Below, piece by piece: positions 19,121-29,713 of a stretch of DNA of 64,000 nt. The position numbers and the translations under genes are program-made. Origin of the DNA: Candidatus Spongiisociaceae bacterium (GTDB taxonomy: Bacteria; Actinomycetota; Acidimicrobiia; Spongiisociales; Spongiisociaceae); the NCBI GenBank assembly GCA_965219685.1, contig CBDCOH010000002.1:1888001-1952000 (forward strand), in the 5' to 3' direction. The notes below the pieces were generated by a model. It did no database searches and was not told the origin of the DNA. It was given only the letters and a program-made list of their open reading frames with translations. Each line of letters opens with the position of its first letter. Within the stretch, counting starts at the first letter, position 1.

Positions 19121-20122
19121 TCACCACCCCAGAACTGCGGCTGCGTGGTCGCCCATGATGCCCTCCAGCTTGTGCTGAGGGATCGGGTCGAGTCCCAGCG
19201 GCTCGGCATGGTCGTTCAGCGTTAGGAGCTTTTGCCGCAGGACCACGGGGTCGTACAGGAATCCCGGATAGTCCGAGCCGAAGAACAGCTTCTCCAGAGG
19301 AACGAAGAACGGTTCCGCCTTGTGCAGGAATGAGAACAGTTCCCTCGGGCTGAGCGCCGCGATCAGGTAGGAGAGTTCGCCGTAGAAGTTGGGATGCTTG
19401 GTGAGCAGGAATAGGGCTTCGTCCTGCCACGGAATACCCATGTGGGCGATGATGACGGTCAGATCCCTGAACTCCCGCCCGACGTCGTCGAGAAGCGCCG
19501 GCCTGCCGAGACCTAGCGAGGCGTCGATCCGGGTGGAACCGGCCTGGTGGAACATCACCGGGATCCCCAGGTCGAGAGCGCACTGGTAGACCGGGAATGC
19601 CAGTTCCCGGTCGTCCGGCGACCAGTGCTGGTACATCGGGTAGAGCTTCACACCCGACAGTCCCAGCTCCTGAACCGCCCTGGTGAGCTCCTCCACTGCC
19701 GCCTTCGGTCCCTGATAGGCGGGGTTGACCGACGCGAAACCGACCAGGGTCTCCGGATCCTGGCGCACCAGACCGGCTATGTAGTCGTTGCACTTCTCAG
19801 GATCGGGTGGGCCTTCGACGCCGCTGATGCCCGTAGGATCGACCGTTCCTATGAGCCGACCATCGAGCCACTGGGGGGAGACCGAGAGCAGGACGATCTT
19901 GTCGAACCCCGGGTGATCTCGTTTGGACTCGGCACCTCCGATAACCGGCCACCCTTTCCGGGAGAACCCGCTGCTCTCCCACTCCTCCTCCGTGGGCGTC
20001 CGGTGCGACGGCACGGAGCCGGCGCTGCGATAGATGCACAGGGACCCTTCCCGCCCGTACCTCACGGTGAAGTCGGGATCGGCCGCCAGTGCAAGCACGT
20101 GGGTGTGCATGTCGATCTGCAT
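19121..20122 (-). CDS. Amidohydrolase_2-family protein
   Basis: IDMHTH, GVKLYP, VMFHQ, IIAHMG, FFGSDYP; GAGGGAGG RBS. Confidence 0.9.
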   Translation of the reverse strand: MQIDMHTHVLALAADPDFTVRYGREGSLCIYRSAGSVPSHRTPTEEEWESSGFSRKGWPVIGGAESKRDHPGFDKIVLLSVSPQWLDGRLIGTVDPTGISGVEGPPDPEKCNDYIAGLVRQDPETLVGFASVNPAYQGPKAAVEELTRAVQELGLSGVKLYPMYQHWSPDDRELAFPVYQCALDLGIPVMFHQAGSTRIDASLGLGRPALLDDVGREFRDLTVIIAHMGIPWQDEALFLLTKHPNFYGELSYLIAALSPRELFSFLHKAEPFFVPLEKLFFGSDYPGFLYDPVVLRQKLLTLNDHAEPLGLDPIPQHKLEGIMGDHAAAVLGW

Positions 20123-20332
20123 TTGGCGCCCTCCCTCGTTACCGACTGCGGCGTCGCGAACCCTACTCGGGCCTGGTTCCCACCCGCCGTATCGAACCAC
20201 CGCTTGCCCGGACACCGCGTCCGGGTCCGAAGTAAGCTCCAAGGGCGGACCGGACCGGCGGGTTCGGGGAGAGAGACATCCTGGACTTCTTTTAGGCCGG
20301 TGCGTATGGGCACGAGCCGAAAGGACGGGCAG

Positions 20333-21931
20333 ATGTCACGATATCTAGTCGTGGGCAATCCGGTGGTCACGCTTGCCGACGAAGCGTTTATCACCGACGG
20401 TGCGCTCATCGTCGAAGGCAAGCAGATCGTCGAGTCCGGACCTCGGGAAGAACTCGAAGCCAAGGGTCCGTTCGACCGCGTCCTCGGCTCACCGGACCAC
20501 TTCGTGATGCCCGGGTTCGTCGCCTCCCACTATCACTCCGAGTCGGCGCTCGGCCCCGGACTCTGGGAGATGCTGTTCGAACGCGCCAATATCTACGTGC
20601 ATCCGGTCTTCAAACCGATGGACGAGGAGATCATGTACAAGGCGATCCTCGTCACCCTCATGACCGCGGTCCGGGGAGGGATCACGACCACCGTCGACGC
20701 CTTCTACGGCCGGCCCGGCCCGAAGAACTTCGGGATGGACAACGCCCTGCAGGCGTACGATGACCTGGGCATGCGTACCGCGCTGGGGATTACTCTGCGC
20801 GATGAGAACCTCTATGTGCACGAGGCGAACGAGGACTTCCTGAACCGGCTCCCCGATCAGCTGGCCGAAGAGGTACGCAACTCTCCGATGGGATACGCCC
20901 TCCCGGCGGACGACGTGATTGCTGCATACGAGAATGCCGCAGGCACCTGGGATGGCCGGGACGACCGGCTGCGGGTGCTGCTGGCCCCGGACTGGACTCC
21001 GGCGGTCTCCGACGACCTCTACCGCCGGTGCCGGGCCGTCGCCACCGAGTACGACACCGGGATCATGACCCACTGCCTCGAGACCCGGGCGGAGATGCAG
21101 TACAACATCAAGCGCTACGGCGTCACCGCCATGCAGCGGCTCCACGACATCGGGCTTCTCGGGCCCGACGTGTCCCTCTCCCACTTCGTCTGGGCCACCG
21201 ACCGCGACATCGAGATCCTGGCCGACAGCGGGGCAGTGGCTGCAAACAACCCCGGCTCGAACCTGAGGCTGAGCACCGGGGTGTGCCGGGTACGCGACAT
21301 CCTCGACGCAGGCGGAGGGCTGGCGTTCGGAACCGACGCCATCTCCTTCTCCGAGCGTGACGACATGCTCCAGGAGGTCCGGCTCGGCCTCTACCTCCAA
21401 CGCCTACCCCGCGGCCCGGAGCCCGAGCACGGCCGTCTGGACTCGGAAGCCGTCCTGAGAGCCGCCGCCACCTACGGAGCACGCGCGGCGCGCGCCGAGG
21501 ACCGCATCGGCAGCCTGGCGGTGGGAAAGGACGCCGACCTCCTCATCCTCGACCGCAAGCGGGTCTTCGACAGACCGGCGCGGTTCTACGTGAGCCCGGT
21601 GCTCGACGTGATACTGGACCGGGCCGACGGGACCGACATCGAGACCGTGCTCATTGCCGGCAAGGTCGTCCTCGACAACGGCGTGATCACCACGCTGAAC
21701 GAGCAGAAGATCCGGGACGAGTACAACGAGGAGATCGAGAGGGGGCTGTTCAATCTCGAGGAGCCTTGGGCCCGATGGGCCGAGTTGGCGTTCGAGGTCG
21801 AGCCCTACCTCTTCGACTTCTACCGTCCCTGGGCGGAGGAACCGATGGTCCCCGGATACGAGTACAACACGACCACCGGTCCTGTCGGCTTCGACGGCGG
21901 CCGACGGATCGGAGGAGGAAACAGCCGATGA
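20333..21931 (+). CDS. Amidohydrolase, heterocycle deaminase-like
   Basis: MPGFVASHYH, HCLET, SHFVW, NPGSNLRL, FGTD, GKDADL. Confidence 0.88.
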   Translation: MSRYLVVGNPVVTLADEAFITDGALIVEGKQIVESGPREELEAKGPFDRVLGSPDHFVMPGFVASHYHSESALGPGLWEMLFERANIYVHPVFKPMDEEIMYKAILVTLMTAVRGGITTTVDAFYGRPGPKNFGMDNALQAYDDLGMRTALGITLRDENLYVHEANEDFLNRLPDQLAEEVRNSPMGYALPADDVIAAYENAAGTWDGRDDRLRVLLAPDWTPAVSDDLYRRCRAVATEYDTGIMTHCLETRAEMQYNIKRYGVTAMQRLHDIGLLGPDVSLSHFVWATDRDIEILADSGAVAANNPGSNLRLSTGVCRVRDILDAGGGLAFGTDAISFSERDDMLQEVRLGLYLQRLPRGPEPEHGRLDSEAVLRAAATYGARAARAEDRIGSLAVGKDADLLILDRKRVFDRPARFYVSPVLDVILDRADGTDIETVLIAGKVVLDNGVITTLNEQKIRDEYNEEIERGLFNLEEPWARWAELAFEVEPYLFDFYRPWAEEPMVPGYEYNTTTGPVGFDGGRRIGGGNSR

Positions 21932-22596
21932 CCAGCGTTTGCGAAACCCTCCGGGACAGTTGCAGGGAGATCTGGCACGAACTCCACCACCATCCATTCG
22001 TCGAGGAACTCGCCGCAGGCACGCTTCCGGAGCGGAAGTTCGCCTTCTACATCGGCCAGAACATCGTGTTCCTCAGGGAACTGGCGAGGGCGATGGCTCT
22101 CGGCGTGGCAAAGGCGGACGACGAGGACACGATGCGTGACTTCGCCGCCATCGTCAGCAACATCGTGGATTTCGAACTGCCCAAGAACCGCCAGTTGCTC
22201 GCCGAGGTCCGCGCGATGGTGCCGGGGGCTACCGAGGAGGTCGTGATGGCGCCCGGAACGTTGTCCTACACCCGTCACCTGCTCACGGTGGCCTACGAGG
22301 GCAGGGCCGCGGACATCATGGCGTCGCTGACCCCCTGCGCCTGGAGTTACGGGGAGATCGGCAGGGAACGGCTTCCAGACGCGCCGGACCACCCGGTCTA
22401 CGGAACCTGGATCGAGTTCTTCGGTGGACAGGAATACTGGGACACGCTCGAGGAGGTGAAGTCGAAGCTGGAAGGCCTGTGCCAAGGTATGAGCGAGTCG
22501 GATCTCGCCAGGATCGAGGACATCTTCCGTACCAGCAGCCGCTTGGAGCAGGTGTTCTGGGACATGGCCTACAACGAGAGCACCTGGCCGGTCTGA
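21928..22596 (+). CDS. tenA: TenA-family protein, paralogue 2 (QN variant)
   Basis: HPFVEELAAGTL, FYIGQN, LTPCAWSY, LEQVFWDMAY; ATGA overlap with the upstream gene. Confidence 0.9.
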   Translation: MTSVCETLRDSCREIWHELHHHPFVEELAAGTLPERKFAFYIGQNIVFLRELARAMALGVAKADDEDTMRDFAAIVSNIVDFELPKNRQLLAEVRAMVPGATEEVVMAPGTLSYTRHLLTVAYEGRAADIMASLTPCAWSYGEIGRERLPDAPDHPVYGTWIEFFGGQEYWDTLEEVKSKLEGLCQGMSESDLARIEDIFRTSSRLEQVFWDMAYNESTWPV

Positions 22597-22606
22597 GTTC
22601 CCACGG

Positions 22607-24640
22607 ATGACATGGACCGTCGCCATCGACATCGGTGGCACGTTCACCGACGTGGTAGCCGACGACGGTACAGGCCGAAGGCTCACGGCCAAGGTGCCTA
22701 CCGTCCCCGCCGATCCCGCCGTCGGCCTTCTGAACGGCCTCGCGGTGCTCGGAAACCGGGGCATGCCGCTCGAGGATGTGAACCTGGTGTTCCACGGGAC
22801 CACCATCGCCACCAACGCGGTCATCAACGACGAACTGGCCCGGGTGGTGCTGCTCACGACCAAGGGCTTTCGCGACATCCTCACCTACCGATCGGGTTCC
22901 CGCCCCGACGCATACGACCTGCGCCAGAGCCGCCCGAGGGAGTTCATTCGACGCGATGACCGTCTAGAGGTCGACGAGCGGATCAGTTCCACCGGCGTCG
23001 TCCTACCCCTCACCGCGCCGGAGATCGACCGGGCTGTAGGTCGAGTCAGGAGCCGGAATCCGGAGGCGGTCGCCATCTCGTTCCTGTTCAGCTACCTGGA
23101 CGACGGCCACGAGCGGGCCATGGCCGATGCGCTCCGGTCGGCATGTCCGGGCATACCCATCTCCAGTTCGTCCGAGGTGGCGAGGGAGTTCCGCGAGTAC
23201 CCCCGCACGGTCACGACCGCCGTCAACGCCGGGCTCCGTCCGGTCGTGAGGGACTACCTGGGAGGGGCCGAGAGAGGTCTCAGGGATCTCGGAGTGCCCG
23301 GAAGCTTCCTCGTGATCCAATCGAACGGGGGAGGTGTTCCTGCCGCTCGAGCCGAGGCCGAGGCGCACAAACTCCTCGTATCCGGACCGGCGGCCGGCGT
23401 CGCCGGAGCGGTGGCTCTGGGGGCCGCCACCGGGCGAACCCACCTCCTCTCACTCGACATCGGTGGAACATCGGCGGATGTCTGCCTCATACGGGACGGG
23501 CGGGCTTCCATGTCGCCGATGCGGCACATCGAGTCCCACCCCATACTGGCTCCCTCCCTCGACATCCATTCGGCCGGAGCGGGGGGTGGGAGCATCGTCG
23601 ATGTGGACCGATCGGGGGCGTTGAAGGTCGGCCCTGCGAGCGCGGGTGCGTATCCGGGGCCGGCCGCGTACGGGCTCGGGGGTGAGAACGCCACCCTCAC
23701 CGATGCGCACCTGGTGGCGGGAACCCTCGGCGTGATGACCGCCCTGGGCGGGAGCCTCACCCTGGACCGCAACGCGGCCCTCGATGCGGTCCGCCGGGTC
23801 GGAACCAAGCTGGCCCTGAACACGCAGGCCACCGCCGAAGGGGTGCTGGCTATCGCCAACGCGCACCTCGAAGCCGCCATCCGGAGGGTCTCCATCGATC
23901 GCGGTGAGGATCCGAGACGCTACACCCTCGTGGCCTACGGTGGAGCCGGCCCACTCCATGCCGGTCAGTTGATCAGGGACCTGTCGATGCCGGAAGCGGT
24001 CATCCCGCGCCACCCCGGGCTGTTCTCCGCGGCGGGGCTGCTCGCGACGGATCTCAGGATCGACGAGTCGGCCACTGTCTTGACCACCATCGATCCCAGT
24101 TCCATCGCTGACATAGCCCGATGGTTCGATGCGACCGCGGGATCTCTTCGCGCCAGGTTGCGGTCGGACGGAATCGGGGAAGATCGAATCCGTGTCGCAC
24201 CTTCCATCGACTGCCGCTACAGGGGCCAGGGCTTCGAGTTGAACGTCCCGGTGGTGTCCAACGGACTCAGCCCCGAGGGGGTTCGGCAGGACTTCCGGCG
24301 CATTCACGACTCGCTGTATGGGCACACATCTGACGAACCTGTGATCGCAGTGACGCTGCGCCTGTCGGCCTTCGGGTCGCTGCCGATCGGAACGACGCGA
24401 CCCGCCGACGAGCCCCGCGGATCTCCGAACCCGGTTTCGAGCCGGACTGTCAAACTCCGGGAGATGTCCCGCCCCGCCGAAGTCCCCGTCTACTCGCGAG
24501 CTGATCTCGGGCGCGGAGCCAAACTTTCGGGACCGTGCATCGTCGAGCAACCCGACGCGACCACCCTCGTGCTCGACCGCCAGTCGGCCCGGGTGGACGA
24601 ATACCACAACCTGACGATCCGCGAGGCGGGCGATGGCTAA
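22607..24640 (+). CDS. Hydantoinase A / oxoprolinase-family subunit
   Basis: IDIGGTFTD, HGTTIATNA, SGPAAG, DIGGTSAD, GAGGGS, GGAGPLH. Confidence 0.93.
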   Translation: MTWTVAIDIGGTFTDVVADDGTGRRLTAKVPTVPADPAVGLLNGLAVLGNRGMPLEDVNLVFHGTTIATNAVINDELARVVLLTTKGFRDILTYRSGSRPDAYDLRQSRPREFIRRDDRLEVDERISSTGVVLPLTAPEIDRAVGRVRSRNPEAVAISFLFSYLDDGHERAMADALRSACPGIPISSSSEVAREFREYPRTVTTAVNAGLRPVVRDYLGGAERGLRDLGVPGSFLVIQSNGGGVPAARAEAEAHKLLVSGPAAGVAGAVALGAATGRTHLLSLDIGGTSADVCLIRDGRASMSPMRHIESHPILAPSLDIHSAGAGGGSIVDVDRSGALKVGPASAGAYPGPAAYGLGGENATLTDAHLVAGTLGVMTALGGSLTLDRNAALDAVRRVGTKLALNTQATAEGVLAIANAHLEAAIRRVSIDRGEDPRRYTLVAYGGAGPLHAGQLIRDLSMPEAVIPRHPGLFSAAGLLATDLRIDESATVLTTIDPSSIADIARWFDATAGSLRARLRSDGIGEDRIRVAPSIDCRYRGQGFELNVPVVSNGLSPEGVRQDFRRIHDSLYGHTSDEPVIAVTLRLSAFGSLPIGTTRPADEPRGSPNPVSSRTVKLREMSRPAEVPVYSRADLGRGAKLSGPCIVEQPDATTLVLDRQSARVDEYHNLTIREAGDG

Positions 24641-26264
24641 GCGGAGACTGGACCCGGTCACGTACGAGTTGATCCACAGCCGACTCCGCCATGCAGCCCG
24701 TGAGATGGCGGTGATCCTGAAGCGTTCCAGCCACAGTCCGATCATCAGGGAGATGGAGGACTTCAGTTGCGCGATCTTCGCACCGGGAGGCGAGTCGGTG
24801 GCTCAGGACGAACGGATTCCCGCCCAACTGGGAGCGATGTCGTTGGCCGTCCAGACCTGCGTGGCGGAGTATCCGGATCCGGAGGACGTGCGGCCCGGAG
24901 ACGCCTTCCTCCTCAACCATCCGTACATGGGTTGCATGCATACACCCGACCTGAACCTCGTCATGCCGGTCTTCTCGGACGGCCTGGTAGTGGGGTGGGC
25001 CGGTTCGACCGCTCACCATGTCGATCTGGGCGGCCCCACCCCCGGCACCCTGGCGCCCCACCACCGCGAGCTGTTCGCGGAGGGTCTCATCTTCCCGCCC
25101 ATCAAGCTCTACCAGGAGGGCGAGGAGAACCGGGATCTCTTCAGGATGATCGCAGCCAATGTGAGAGAACCACGCGGACTCGTAGCCGACTTACGAGCCC
25201 AGCATGCCTCCTGCCTGACGGGGAAGATAGCGCTGCTACGCACGATGGAACGATACGGGCCGGACCACGTGCGCACCGCGTTCGACGAGATCCTCGACCG
25301 GACCGCCCGGCAGACCGCCGCCGCGCTGGCCGACCTGGATGACGGGGAGGCCGTCCGAACCGGTCACCTGGACGATGACGGCCTGGGGAGCGCTCCGGTT
25401 CCCATCCGCGTGCGTCTCTCCAAGTCCGGACAGAGCCTGAACGTGGACTTCACCGGGTCGTCCCCGCAGGTGGACGGAGCGCTGAACGTCCCGTGGGCGA
25501 GCACCCGAGCCTGCGTGGCCTATCTGATCCGCACCATGGTGGGCCTCGACATACCTTCCAACGACGGCTTGCTGGCCCCGGTCACCATCACCTGCCCACC
25601 CGGGACCATCCTCAATCCCCGGTTCCCTGCGGCGGTGTCCGTCAGGCACAACACCTGCCAAGTTGTCGCAGACACCCTGATCCGGGCCGCTTCCGACCTA
25701 TGGCCGGCCCGGGCGGTCGCAAGCAGCAGTGTCACCTTCTTCGGCCTGCAGATCGGGAGTAAGTCCCCCCAGACCGGCGAGACCGCGGTGCTGATGGAGG
25801 TGGTGGGCGGCGGGACGGGCGCGCATGACCACGGAGAGGGCATCGACGGGGTAGACACGTACATGTCCAACGTGGCCCTCCTTCCCGTGGAGGTGGCCGA
25901 GACCGAGTACTCCGTCCGCATACTCAAGAGCGAACTCGTCGAGGCCTCGTCGGGCGAGGGCCGGTTGCCCGGCGGCCTAGGAATCTGCCGTGAGTACCAG
26001 ATCCTCGACGTTCCCCAGATAGCCACGCTCTACTGCGAGCAGGCAGTCGACGAGCACCGGCCTCGGGGAGCGAGCGGGGGTGACGACGCCCGGCCGACCC
26101 GGGTCACCATTCTGGGACCTGACGGACGGGTCGTATCCAATGCCTCCAAGACTTCGACCTCCCTCGCGCCCGGGTCGGTGATCAGGGTGGAGACCAGTGG
26201 GGGTGGCGGCTACGGACCTTCCTCCACAGCGGGCACGACACCGGACATAGCCCGCTCCAGTTGA
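24633..26264 (+). CDS. Hydantoinase B / oxoprolinase-family subunit
   Basis: SPIIRE..DFSCA, NHPY..HTPD, HHVDLGG, EGL, GGGGYG. Confidence 0.93.
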   Translation: MAKRRLDPVTYELIHSRLRHAAREMAVILKRSSHSPIIREMEDFSCAIFAPGGESVAQDERIPAQLGAMSLAVQTCVAEYPDPEDVRPGDAFLLNHPYMGCMHTPDLNLVMPVFSDGLVVGWAGSTAHHVDLGGPTPGTLAPHHRELFAEGLIFPPIKLYQEGEENRDLFRMIAANVREPRGLVADLRAQHASCLTGKIALLRTMERYGPDHVRTAFDEILDRTARQTAAALADLDDGEAVRTGHLDDDGLGSAPVPIRVRLSKSGQSLNVDFTGSSPQVDGALNVPWASTRACVAYLIRTMVGLDIPSNDGLLAPVTITCPPGTILNPRFPAAVSVRHNTCQVVADTLIRAASDLWPARAVASSSVTFFGLQIGSKSPQTGETAVLMEVVGGGTGAHDHGEGIDGVDTYMSNVALLPVEVAETEYSVRILKSELVEASSGEGRLPGGLGICREYQILDVPQIATLYCEQAVDEHRPRGASGGDDARPTRVTILGPDGRVVSNASKTSTSLAPGSVIRVETSGGGGYGPSSTAGTTPDIARSS

Positions 26265-27106
26265 GCGATGTGATCGCCGACCGACTCTATGCCGGGCATG
26301 TAGCTGGTGAAGAACGAGACATCGGTAGCCCCGATGGAGATCATCCGTTGCACGCTGGCAATGATCTGATCGGTGGTCTCCTCCGGTCCCAGGCCCACCG
26401 AGACGTGGAGCCGGAGGGTGTCCGCGGCCCGACCCGACTCGGCAGCGAGGCGCAGGATCTCCTTCCACGAGGCGTCGATCTGCTCAATCGTCTGCACCGG
26501 CCTCGACAGCCACCCCGCCGCGTGTTCCACCACCCGCCGGAACACCGGCGGGGTCGTCCCGCCGAACCACAGGGGTGGGTGGGGCCGGGTCACCGGCTTC
26601 GGTTCCATCCCCATCCCGTCCACCTCGTAGTAGTGCCCGTGGAAGTCGACCCGGTCCTGCGTCCAGAGCAGCTTCATCAACTCGATCCCCTCGTCCATCC
26701 GGCGACCCCGCTCGCTGAACGGAACCTCCAGCGCGTCGTATTCCTCCCGATGCCATCCGATCCCGATCCCCAGCTCGAGGCGCCCTCCGGAGAGGCTGTC
26801 GACGGCGGCGGCTTGCTTCGCCACCACCGCCGGGCCCCGCTGGGGCATGATCACCACCGCTGACCGCAGCGAGATCCGCCTCGTCACGCCTCCCAGGTAA
26901 CCGAGCGCAACCAGGATGTCGTGGTAGGGCGTTCGGGCCGGGTAGTGGGCCCGCGGCGTCCCGCCAGCCGCCGGGTAGGCCAGCAGAACGTGATCGATCA
27001 GGGTCAGGAAGTCGAAGCCGAGGTCTTCGGCGGCCTGCGAGACATCGCGCATGGCGGTGGGGTCGTCGATGAGGAGTGAGTTGACGGCTCCTATACCGTA
27101 TTTCAT
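26210..27106 (-). CDS. LLM-class (probably F420-dependent) oxidoreductase
   Basis: AEDLGFD..DHV, DSLSGGRLELGIGIGW..EY, PKP..HPPLWFGG; AAGGAG RBS. Confidence 0.88.
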   Translation of the reverse strand: MKYGIGAVNSLLIDDPTAMRDVSQAAEDLGFDFLTLIDHVLLAYPAAGGTPRAHYPARTPYHDILVALGYLGGVTRRISLRSAVVIMPQRGPAVVAKQAAAVDSLSGGRLELGIGIGWHREEYDALEVPFSERGRRMDEGIELMKLLWTQDRVDFHGHYYEVDGMGMEPKPVTRPHPPLWFGGTTPPVFRRVVEHAAGWLSRPVQTIEQIDASWKEILRLAAESGRAADTLRLHVSVGLGPEETTDQIIASVQRMISIGATDVSFFTSYMPGIESVGDHIAQLERAMSGVVPAVEEGP

Positions 27107-27169
27107 GTCATGGGCTCCTTCACGATCCGAACATCCCGTACTCTTACCACATAGAGATGGAGGATCAGG

Positions 27170-28273
27170 ATGAGAACGAGAGCGGCGGTACTGCACGAGT
27201 TCAACACCCCGTTGGTCGTCGAGGAGGTCGAACTCGAAGGACCGAGAGCCAACGAAGTCCTAGTCGAGATGGTCTCCAGCGGAGTGTGCCACAGCGACCT
27301 GCACCTGGCGCAGGGCCACATCCCCGTCAACCTGCCGATCATCTGCGGCCACGAAGGCGCCGGTATCGTCGCCGCAGTCGGACCCGGCCCCGCCACCGTA
27401 CAGGTCGGGGATCGTGTAGTGCTCTCCTGGGTGTCGCCGTGCGGCAACTGCAACTACTGCGCCACGGGAAACCCGGCCCTGTGCATGACCGCCATCGGAC
27501 CGTCGTACGAGGGCCAACTCCACGACGGGACCAGCCGCTTCACGGACAGTAACGGCCAGACGATCAGCCATCACCTGATGCTGTCCACCTTCTCGCGCGA
27601 GGTGACCGTGCCCGCTTCGGCGGCGATCCCCGTTCCCGACGATGTTCCACTCGAGCCGCTAGCGGTGATCGGATGCGCCGTCTCGACCGGGATCGGAGCG
27701 GTGGTCAACACGGGCGAGGTGCAACTCGGCGACAGCGTCGCCGTCATCGGCTGCGGGGGCGTCGGGCTCAACGCCATCCAGGGAGCGCGGCTACGGGGCG
27801 CCGGAAAGATCGTCGGAGTCGACATCAGCGAGCACAAGCTCGAAGCCGCCCGACGCTTCGGCGCCACCCATACGGTGAACGCCTCCGAGGAGGAGACCGC
27901 CGAAGCTCTCATCGCTATGACAGGTGGGCTGGGAGTCGATCTCGCGGTGGAGGCGATCGGCCATCCAGAGACCGTGGCCACCGCGGTCCGCTCGCTTCGC
28001 CGGGGAGGCACCGCCGTGCAGGTGGGCATCGCACCGTACGGAACCGAGGTCTCCGTCGACATGGGCCTGCTGCTCGACGAGCGCAAACTCCTGGGTTGCT
28101 ACTACGGCTCCCTGCGGCCCGCCTTCGACATCCCCCGCTACGTGGAGTTGTACCGGGCCGGGAGGCTGCTGGTGGACGAACTGATCACCGCCGAGATCGA
28201 CCAGGAGGACATCAACGGCGCTCTCCACCAGTTCGAACTCGGAGAAGGAATCCGGAGCCTGGTCCGCTACTAG
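27170..28273 (+). CDS. Zn-dependent alcohol dehydrogenase (class III-like), copy 1
   Basis: GVCHSD, GHEGAG, CGNCNYC..C, GCGGVG. Confidence 0.93.
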   Translation: MRTRAAVLHEFNTPLVVEEVELEGPRANEVLVEMVSSGVCHSDLHLAQGHIPVNLPIICGHEGAGIVAAVGPGPATVQVGDRVVLSWVSPCGNCNYCATGNPALCMTAIGPSYEGQLHDGTSRFTDSNGQTISHHLMLSTFSREVTVPASAAIPVPDDVPLEPLAVIGCAVSTGIGAVVNTGEVQLGDSVAVIGCGGVGLNAIQGARLRGAGKIVGVDISEHKLEAARRFGATHTVNASEEETAEALIAMTGGLGVDLAVEAIGHPETVATAVRSLRRGGTAVQVGIAPYGTEVSVDMGLLLDERKLLGCYYGSLRPAFDIPRYVELYRAGRLLVDELITAEIDQEDINGALHQFELGEGIRSLVRY

Positions 28274-28413
28274 CGGGCCGGGTCGGCGAGCAGGACGTGA
28301 TCGATCAGGGTCAGGAAGTCGAAGCCGAGATCTTCCGCGGCCTGGCAGATGTCGCGCATGGCGTTGGAATCATCGATCAGGAGTGAGTTGACGGCTCCTA
28401 TACCGTATCTCAC
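28270..28413 (-). pseudogene. Truncated LLM oxidoreductase 5' fragment (47 codons)
   Basis: Reads VRYGIGAVNSLLIDDSNAMRDICQAAEDLGFDFLTLIDHVLLADPAR*, homologous to the N-terminus of 26210-27106. Confidence 0.85.
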
Positions 28414-28529
28414 TCAGGAATCCTCCCTCGCTATGCGACATCGCCTACGCTTGCGGGAGGCTACCCGGTGGTCCGCATGCAGCGGCGTGACGTGCGCCCC
28501 AGGCATCGCTCCGTGCAAGGAGGATCTGG

Positions 28530-29636
28530 ATGAGGACAAGAGCAGCGGTGCTGCGCGAGTTCAACACTCCGCTGGTCGTCGAAGAGGTCGAACTGGAAGA
28601 ACCCAAGGCCAACGAGGTGCTCGTCCGGATGGTGTCGAGCGGCGTGTGCCACAGCGATCTGCATCTGGTGCAGGGTCACATTCCCGTCAACCTGCCGCTC
28701 ATCTGCGGCCACGAGGGAGCCGGCATCGTGGCCGCCGTCGGACCCGGCGCCTCCACCGTCCAGGTCGGCGACCGGGTGGTCCTCTCCTGGGTTGCGCCGT
28801 GCGGCAGATGCAGGTACTGCGCCACGGGAAGCCCGGCGCTCTGCATGACCGCGATCGGACCCTCCTGGGAGGGGCGGTTGCAGGACTGGACCAGCCGGTT
28901 CACGGACACCAACGGCGAGACGATCAGCCACAGCATGATGTTGTCCACCTACTCCCGGGAGGTGACCGTGCCGGCTTCGGCGGCGATCCCGGTCCCGGAC
29001 GGTGTTCCCCTCGAGCCCCTCGCTGTGATCGGCTGCGCCGTCTCCACGGGGCTGGGGGCGGTCGTCAACACGGGCAACGTGCAACTCGGCGACAGCGTCG
29101 CCGTCATCGGCTGCGGGGGCATCGGACTCAACGCCATCCAGGGAGCGCGGCTGAGGGGCGCCGGGAAGATAATCGGAGTCGACATCGCCGAGCACAAGCT
29201 CGAAGCCGCCCGACGCTTCGGCGCCACCGATACCGTGAATGCCTCCGAGGTGGAGACGGCCGAGACCCTAATCGCCATGACCGGCGGACTCGGGGTGGAC
29301 CTGGCGGTGGAGGCGATCGGCTATCCCGAAACCGTGGCCACTGCCGTCCGTTCGCTTTGCCGGGGAGGCACGGCCGTGCAAGTTGGTGTCGCACCGTACG
29401 GGAGCGAACTCACCGTCGATATGGGCCTGCTGCTCGACGAGCGCAAACTCCTAGGCTGCTACTACGGCTCGCTACGGCCCGCCTTCGACATCCCCCGCTA
29501 TGTCGAGTTGTACAAGGCCGGCAAGCTCCTGCTGGACGAACTGATCACCGCCGAGATCGACCAGGAGGACATCAACGGCGCTCTCCACCAGTTTGAACTC
29601 GGACAAGGAATCCGGAGTCTGGTCCGCTACTCCTAG
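28530..29636 (+). CDS. Zn-dependent alcohol dehydrogenase, copy 2
   Basis: Same motifs as copy 1, colinear and highly similar. Confidence 0.93.
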   Translation: MRTRAAVLREFNTPLVVEEVELEEPKANEVLVRMVSSGVCHSDLHLVQGHIPVNLPLICGHEGAGIVAAVGPGASTVQVGDRVVLSWVAPCGRCRYCATGSPALCMTAIGPSWEGRLQDWTSRFTDTNGETISHSMMLSTYSREVTVPASAAIPVPDGVPLEPLAVIGCAVSTGLGAVVNTGNVQLGDSVAVIGCGGIGLNAIQGARLRGAGKIIGVDIAEHKLEAARRFGATDTVNASEVETAETLIAMTGGLGVDLAVEAIGYPETVATAVRSLCRGGTAVQVGVAPYGSELTVDMGLLLDERKLLGCYYGSLRPAFDIPRYVELYKAGKLLLDELITAEIDQEDINGALHQFELGQGIRSLVRYS

Positions 29637-29713
29637 CCCCGACCCTTCATGTTCCCGGTACACCCGACGCACATGATGCCAAGGCCCCCATGAGGGTTGG
29701 CCGTAGCGACCGG

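Noticed and set aside
19547-20332. 794-aa version of the amidohydrolase
   Set aside because: The extension is the antisense shadow of 19121-20122; AAGGA RBS plus ATG at 20333 and the paralogue at 41559 define the start.
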